Of a DNA stretch of 22,659 nt, positions 18,003 to 22,659 are shown piece after piece. This stretch comes from an uncultured archaeon (GTDB lineage Archaea > Asgardarchaeota > Njordarchaeia > Njordarchaeales > Njordarchaeaceae), in NCBI GenBank assembly GCA_965367995.1, contig CBDULE010000003.1, forward strand, positions 1-22,659, given 5' to 3'. The notes under the pieces were generated by a model. That model was not told the origin of the DNA. It saw only the letters and a program-made list of their open reading frames with translations, and did no database searches. Position numbers and translations under genes: made by a program. How positions within the stretch are numbered: the first letter of the stretch is position 1; each line of letters starts with the position of its first letter.

Positions 18003-18746
18003 ATGCTTAAGTTTCCGACATATGTTGCAGCGGACTCAGGAGCTTCTTTTTTGGATGATAAATTTAATGCTATTAATGTAGTTGCTACAGCAGCTGTTTT
18101 TGTCGAATTTCCTTATATAAAGCCCAAAAAAGTCATTTATGAAATAGGACCTTACCCTCTAGAGAGAAATGGATTACTAAGAGAGCTTAGAATAGCATTA
18201 AGACTTGCTAAAGAAGTCAAGCCTAGTGCTGTACATATAGACTCAACACTTGGAGGAATAAAAGCATCAGAATTAACAAAAGAGAAGATATCAAAACTCA
18301 AAATTTCTGAGAAAGGTAAGGAAATTCTATCATCTATAGCTGATGATATCAGATCTCTTGGACTCAGATTTGAAACAGAAGCCGGTTGCTCAGCATATAT
18401 GATTGGAAAAGAAAGTCTTATCGTTAGGATCGCAGAGTTATCTGCAGGAGCAGTAGCCGTTTCTTATGCTATATCTGAAGCTATTTATAGGAATAAGCCC
18501 ATATTATTAGGGTTGCCTCGAAGATCCTCTGTGGTTATTAAAAAGGGAGACAATATTTATTCAGAAGAGATTCTAATTAATGCTGAAGAAGAGTTCTCAG
18601 TTGAACTACGCTCCTTAATTTACTATGAGAGAAAAATTATTGGAATAGACCCAGATGTAAGATTAGCAAAATCAAATGTGCTCATTAAAGAGTTTCCGAA
18701 CCCTAATGTTAACGGGTTTAATATCCTCTTAATCACGAAAAAATAA
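18003..18746 (+). CDS. Hypothetical protein, possibly an RNase H-like/NurA-like fold (speculative)
   Basis: Clean 247-aa ORF with an AGGTGA SD 8 nt upstream. It has two acidic motifs, YVAADSGASF and AVHIDSTLGG, reminiscent of metal-binding strands. I do not recognise a family. Confidence 0.5.
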   Translation: MLKFPTYVAADSGASFLDDKFNAINVVATAAVFVEFPYIKPKKVIYEIGPYPLERNGLLRELRIALRLAKEVKPSAVHIDSTLGGIKASELTKEKISKLKISEKGKEILSSIADDIRSLGLRFETEAGCSAYMIGKESLIVRIAELSAGAVAVSYAISEAIYRNKPILLGLPRRSSVVIKKGDNIYSEEILINAEEEFSVELRSLIYYERKIIGIDPDVRLAKSNVLIKEFPNPNVNGFNILLITKK

Positions 18747-18769
18747 ATTTCTTAAGGCAGTTTTCTTCC

Positions 18770-18786
18770 ACCTCATAACCTGAGGT
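18770..18786 (+). terminator. Small hairpin downstream of the hypothetical gene
   Basis: ACCTCA-taacc-TGAGGT is a 6-bp stem located 24 nt after the stop at 18746. T-rich sequence lies on both sides. Archaeal termination is mainly oligo-T driven, so its function is uncertain. Confidence 0.3.
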
Positions 18787-18849
18787 TAATTTATAGATAC
18801 TTTTAAATCTGTTTAGACTAGATTTTATGAAAAACCTAAAACATCAGCT

Positions 18850-18873
18850 GAGCCGGGAGTATTTCCCGGACTC
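18850..18873 (+). promoter_or_regulatory. GC-rich stem-loop in the 5' leader of the S6e-L2 operon
   Basis: GAGCCGGGA-guauu-UCCCGG(A)CUC forms 9 bp with one bulged A. It ends 9 nt before the GAGGGTGAT SD of the S6e gene. TATA-like TTTATAG and TTTTAAAT elements are at 18790-18808. This is the only GC-rich patch in the spacer. Confidence 0.5.
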
Positions 18874-18891
18874 GGCGAGAGGGTGATAATA

Positions 18892-19806
18892 ATGAGTGCA
18901 CGTGGACAAAAAGCATTACCACTACAATTAGTGATAAGTGATTCATCAAGCTTTTTAGGGACAGGAATGACGCTTAAATTTGAGCTCGAAGAGGACGAGA
19001 AAAAAGCATTCTTCTACGGTAAAAAAATCGGAGACGTCATTGACGGTAGCTTAATAGGGTTTGCAGGATACACATTTAAGATTACTGGAGGAAGCGATAT
19101 TGCGGGATTTCCACACATTAAAGGAGTTCCTGGTCCTGGACTAAAGCAGATTATGAGAAGCGGTCCTCCTGGATACAGACCTAGAAAATACAAGATACCG
19201 AAAAAAGGCGGGGGGTATAAGATCATCAACCTCAAGAACGTGAGAAAAAAGAAAACTGTCAGAGGAGAAGAGCTTTCAGAATGGACAAGACAAGTGAATT
19301 TAGCCATACTAGAAAGGAGCGGTGCTAATATAAAAGAGATGAGCGAAAACGAGCTTGCAAATGATAAAATACTTAAAGGCATTGCTGAAAAGCTTGGAAA
19401 AGTTATATTAAAATGGGGATTCGAAGGAATTACATTTATAGGCGAAGGTGAATCAACACCCCTGATAGAGAAATTTAAGGAACTAGGTTTGGATGATTCC
19501 GCTATCGGTAAGATATACTTTAAGGTAGGCGTTGCCGTGCTCAAAAACTTTGAAAAAGATGAATTGAAGAAGCTACTTGAGCCTCTTAAGAAATTAAGCA
19601 GAAAGAAACCCCCAAAGCTAGGTAGATATATCGCAGCAGTAATTTATACAGCGTATGAAGAGCTAAAAGAAAAAGGAAACGCAAACCCTGATGAACTAGG
19701 AGAAAAGCTCGCAAATGAGATAGTCACAGCGATGAGGAAAAGTTTAGAGGGTAACTTAGAAAAACCAAAGAAAGTTCCTTTTAAGATTAAGGAAGGAGGG
19801 GAGTAA
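18892..19806 (+). CDS. rps6e: 30S ribosomal protein S6e (eS6) fused to a ~165-aa C-terminal helical domain of unknown function
   Basis: The N-terminal ~140 aa are LVISDSS...GKKIGDVIDGSLIGFAGYTFKITGGSDIAGFPHIKGVPGPGLKQIMRSGPPGYRP...KKKTVRGEELSEWTRQVNLAILERSG, which is the S6e signature. The ORF then continues uninterrupted to aa 304. I set the start at ATG 18892, which has a GAGGGTGAT SD upstream, rather than GTG 18883. Confidence 0.8.
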   Translation: MSARGQKALPLQLVISDSSSFLGTGMTLKFELEEDEKKAFFYGKKIGDVIDGSLIGFAGYTFKITGGSDIAGFPHIKGVPGPGLKQIMRSGPPGYRPRKYKIPKKGGGYKIINLKNVRKKKTVRGEELSEWTRQVNLAILERSGANIKEMSENELANDKILKGIAEKLGKVILKWGFEGITFIGEGESTPLIEKFKELGLDDSAIGKIYFKVGVAVLKNFEKDELKKLLEPLKKLSRKKPPKLGRYIAAVIYTAYEELKEKGNANPDELGEKLANEIVTAMRKSLEGNLEKPKKVPFKIKEGGE

Positions 19807-19807
19807 A

Positions 19808-20551
19808 ATGGGTAAGAGAATTAGAGCTCAAAGAATAGGGAGAGGCTCGCCAACATATAGAGCTCCCCCAAATGTGAGAGTGGCTGATGTCAGAATCCCC
19901 GACTGGCCAGAGATGAAGAACGGACATGTAACAGGAGTTGTTCTGAAGCTTTATAAGGAACCAGGAAGATACGCTCCCCTAGCTCTAGTAAAGTTTTATA
20001 GAGCAGATGGAAGCACTGAAAAAGTTTGGATGATAGCTTCCGAAGGAGTATATACTGGAAAAGAGATAGAAATTGGAGAAACAGCAAAAATCGATGTAGG
20101 AAACGTCGTTCCACTAAGAAGAGTTCCAGAAGGAATACCCGTGTTTAACATAGAAATAAGACCAGGAGACGGAGGAAAAATAGCTAGAGCAGCAGGAATG
20201 TATGCAATAGTAAGAGGACACCTAGAATCAAAAGGACTAACAGAAATCGAGCTACCAGGAAAAAGAATTTTAAGAATAAACTGGGACTCAAGAGCACAAA
20301 TTGGTATCGCCGCCGGAACCGGCAAGGACGAGCTTCCCCTAGTTAAAGCAGGCAACGCTTATCACAAGTGGAAGGTGAAAGCAAGGAAGTGGCCAAGGAC
20401 GAGAGGAGTAGCAATGAACGCTGTAGATCACCCCTTCGGGGGAGGTAGGCAGCAGTCTCCTGGTGGTCCTAAGACGGTTTCGAGGCATGCACCTCCTGGT
20501 AAGAAGGTTGGTTCTATTGCTGCTAGAAGAACTGGTAGGAGGAAGAAATAG
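19808..20551 (+). CDS. rpl2: 50S ribosomal protein L2 (uL2)
   Basis: GKRIRAQRIGRGSPTYRAP ... IEIRPGDGGKIARAAG ... RGVAMNAVDHPFGGG ... PPGKKVGSIAARRTGRRK are L2 hallmarks. A GGAGGGGAG SD is upstream. The start lies 1 nt after the S6e stop. Confidence 0.92.
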   Translation: MGKRIRAQRIGRGSPTYRAPPNVRVADVRIPDWPEMKNGHVTGVVLKLYKEPGRYAPLALVKFYRADGSTEKVWMIASEGVYTGKEIEIGETAKIDVGNVVPLRRVPEGIPVFNIEIRPGDGGKIARAAGMYAIVRGHLESKGLTEIELPGKRILRINWDSRAQIGIAAGTGKDELPLVKAGNAYHKWKVKARKWPRTRGVAMNAVDHPFGGGRQQSPGGPKTVSRHAPPGKKVGSIAARRTGRRKK

Positions 20552-21293
20552 ACGTAACTTTATTTTCTTTTAATCATCATTTATGAGGGTTTATCTAATC
20601 CTATGATCTATTCTTTAGTTTTTTAGTAAATATCATTCTCTTATGGTTTATTATCTTATTTCTAGCGAAATTTTTATAATGATATATGGTTGTAAATCTT
20701 ATTTATCATTCCAAAATATTAAAGCGCTTTGTCATAAAAAATGGCATAGAGACAGATTTACTGCCATATATACTTAGTCCGGTGTCATGCTTGAGATGAT
20801 TATTTAAATTTAATGTATATACTTCGAATTCTGAATAAACTTTGATTTTCTTCTTTTCCCTAAACTATTCAATTGCGAAATGTGATGTTTTCTTTAATTG
20901 CAAAATTTGTGCTTGGCTTAGGCTGGTGGATTAGGAATAAAATATTGCTTGGTTTTTCTAATAACTCAATGTTTTTCGCGATTATTTCTCTGCTATGGGA
21001 CGATATCTCCGCTACATATTTTTGAAGATGGAGAGCTGCGATAGCTAATTTTTTAATTGAGTTTCATTTCTTTTTTTCTCAGCATCATTGAAATGGATCT
21101 CTCTTCATTTTGAAGAGGTATTTAGTTTTTTCAAAATTTTGTTCCTCTATTTCCCTATGAATGAATTTTTCCGCTTATTGGATATGATTATGAATCCTTA
21201 TAAGCTCAAGACATTGGGCTTCAATATTAGCTTATGCTCTCTTCATTAGCTTGATCATCAATGATGAAAAAAGAGGAAAGAAAAAGAAGTGCT

Positions 21294-22481
21294 CTAGCTT
21301 TGCATTCTATCCTCTATCTTTGGTAGCTTATCTATTAACCTATAGGGCTTTACCTCTCTGAGGAAGTTGATCAGCTCTTCTCTACCGTACGCATATACTT
21401 CCCATAGTATCGTCGTTCTCTTGTTGTGTGGGAAGTAGAATACCTTATCCGCCCTTATATGTGCTCTCATCCCTGTATACTTCTCTATCATCCACGCCTC
21501 ATCCAATAGTATGTATGGTGGATCTCTCTTCCTTGATAGTATGAACCAGGCTGGTGCGCTTAAAGCTCCTGTCATCTCAACCTTAGAGCCGGTCTGAATC
21601 AGCTTCTCCAATTCCTCCTTCTCAAGCTTAGTTTCTATAGCTCTTGAATACCTTAGCGAATAATCCCCTTTCTTTGGGTTTATCTTAACGCTTCCATCGC
21701 ATTCTAGGAGGCCTTTTAGGTAGCGTAGGGCATATTCTCTATTCCATGCTATCCAGTCGGGCACCTTCCACTTGGTGAATATCTTTGATTTCTTTCCCAT
21801 TTCTGCTCCGAATCTCATTAGTGCTTCTATAACTAGAACGCTTCTGAACCTTATCTGATACTCATTTTTAACCTTGAGAATAAGATATCCAACTTCTCCG
21901 AATATTCTTCTCACGAGGTTAAGCACGTAATCGACAAACTTCTTATCCTTATTTATGAATGCAAAATAGCCTACTGAGCTTAAAGACCCGTCTCCAGTCC
22001 ATATTCCTATTAGCTCTGCCATATCTCCTGACTTCCTTATTGGAAGCTTTGGGTTTATTATTCCTCTTCCTCTAACTCCTATCTTCTCAAACTTAGGTAT
22101 TTCTCCCAGCGCTATTAGCCCTGCTATTATGTTCTTATCTAGCTTAACTCTCTTATCCTTTGGGGATGTTCCAGCTAATTTTCCTCCTCTTATTGCTGAT
22201 ATCAACTTTCGCAGTATCGTCCTATGAGCTCCCCATTCATCAAGCTTCTTGTACGCCATTCCTATGTAGTTCGGCTCGCTTAATATGTTCCTCCTTACGC
22301 ATAGATCCATTAGCCATTTCCAGTCCTCATCCTCAAGAATTTCTAGGAGCTTTATGACCCAATCCCTTAGAACCCATTTTCCTTCTCTCTTTTCTGCGAA
22401 TGCTCTTATCTTCCCTTCTGGTGTTCTTTCCCTGAATCTTATCCCTTCCTTTGTTATCTCTATTCCATTCACTTTTATCAT
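21294..22481 (-). mobile_element. Free-standing double-motif LAGLIDADG homing endonuclease-like CDS with a ~150-aa N-terminal extension
   Basis: There are two LAGLIDADG-type motifs about 100 aa apart, AELIGIWTGDGSL and LRYLKGLLECDGSV. GGTG and GAGGTGAT SD motifs are upstream. I saw no flanking rRNA exon, group I intron core or intein host sequence. Confidence 0.75.
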
Positions 22482-22589
22482 AGCCTTGCACCTAGTATCA
22501 CCTCTGCATTATTATCATCTGTAAGGTATTTAAAGGGTCAAAATTTTGATATTGATAATATTATTTTTCTTGGAAATATAGCCTATTTT

Positions 22590-22659
22590 CTGTCTCTTAT
22601 ACACATCTGACGCTGCCGACGAATTAGACGGTGTAGATCTCGGTGGTCGCCGTATCATT
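22590..22659. other. Illumina Nextera library adapter (non-biological sequence) at the contig end
   Basis: CTGTCTCTTATACACATCT (Tn5 mosaic end) + GACGCTGCCGACGA + 8-nt index ATTAGACG + GTGTAGATCTCGGTGGTCGCCGTATCATT. The last block is the reverse complement of the P5 sequence AATGATACGGCGACCACCGAGATCTACAC. Confidence 0.97.

Noticed and set aside
20552-21293. Replication origin in the long AT-rich spacer
   Set aside because: I saw no repeated ORB or mini-ORB-like elements, no flanking orc1/cdc6 gene, and only one pair of short imperfect direct repeats.

Overview
This window is AT-rich archaeal chromosomal DNA, tightly packed with housekeeping genes. Most starts are preceded by GGTG/GGAGG Shine-Dalgarno-like motifs. 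It looks like a metagenome or single-cell contig, because the last 70 nt are Illumina Nextera adapter. Genes called: ribL (partial), a zinc-ribbon membrane protein, AsnRS, TFB, a cytoplasmic 7-blade FG-GAP-like propeller, an atypical RFC large subunit, a HEAT-repeat protein, MetRS, PCNA, a phosphohexomutase, TatD, a DUF54-like protein, an MglA-like small GTPase, UPF0147, the L7Ae-S28e-L24e operon, a solitary L11, a Clp1-family polynucleotide kinase, a hypothetical protein, an S6e fusion protein followed by L2, and a free-standing LAGLIDADG homing endonuclease. The main finding is the only strongly GC-rich island (14249-14409, minus strand). It is a 5S rRNA gene whose two halves are in swapped order. 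The 3' domain comes first, then a GNRA-capped hairpin that closes helix I, then the 5' domain. A 12-bp leader/trailer helix with a bulge-helix-bulge-like junction flanks the whole unit. Cleavage and ligation there would rebuild a contiguous, probably circular, 5S rRNA. Secondary observations are two candidate C/D box sRNAs, scrambled ribosomal-protein operons, an S6e C-terminal fusion, a large insertion in RFC-L, a 740-bp ORF-free spacer next to the homing endonuclease, and the adapter contamination. Everything here comes from reading the sequence by eye. No database or covariance-model search was run.
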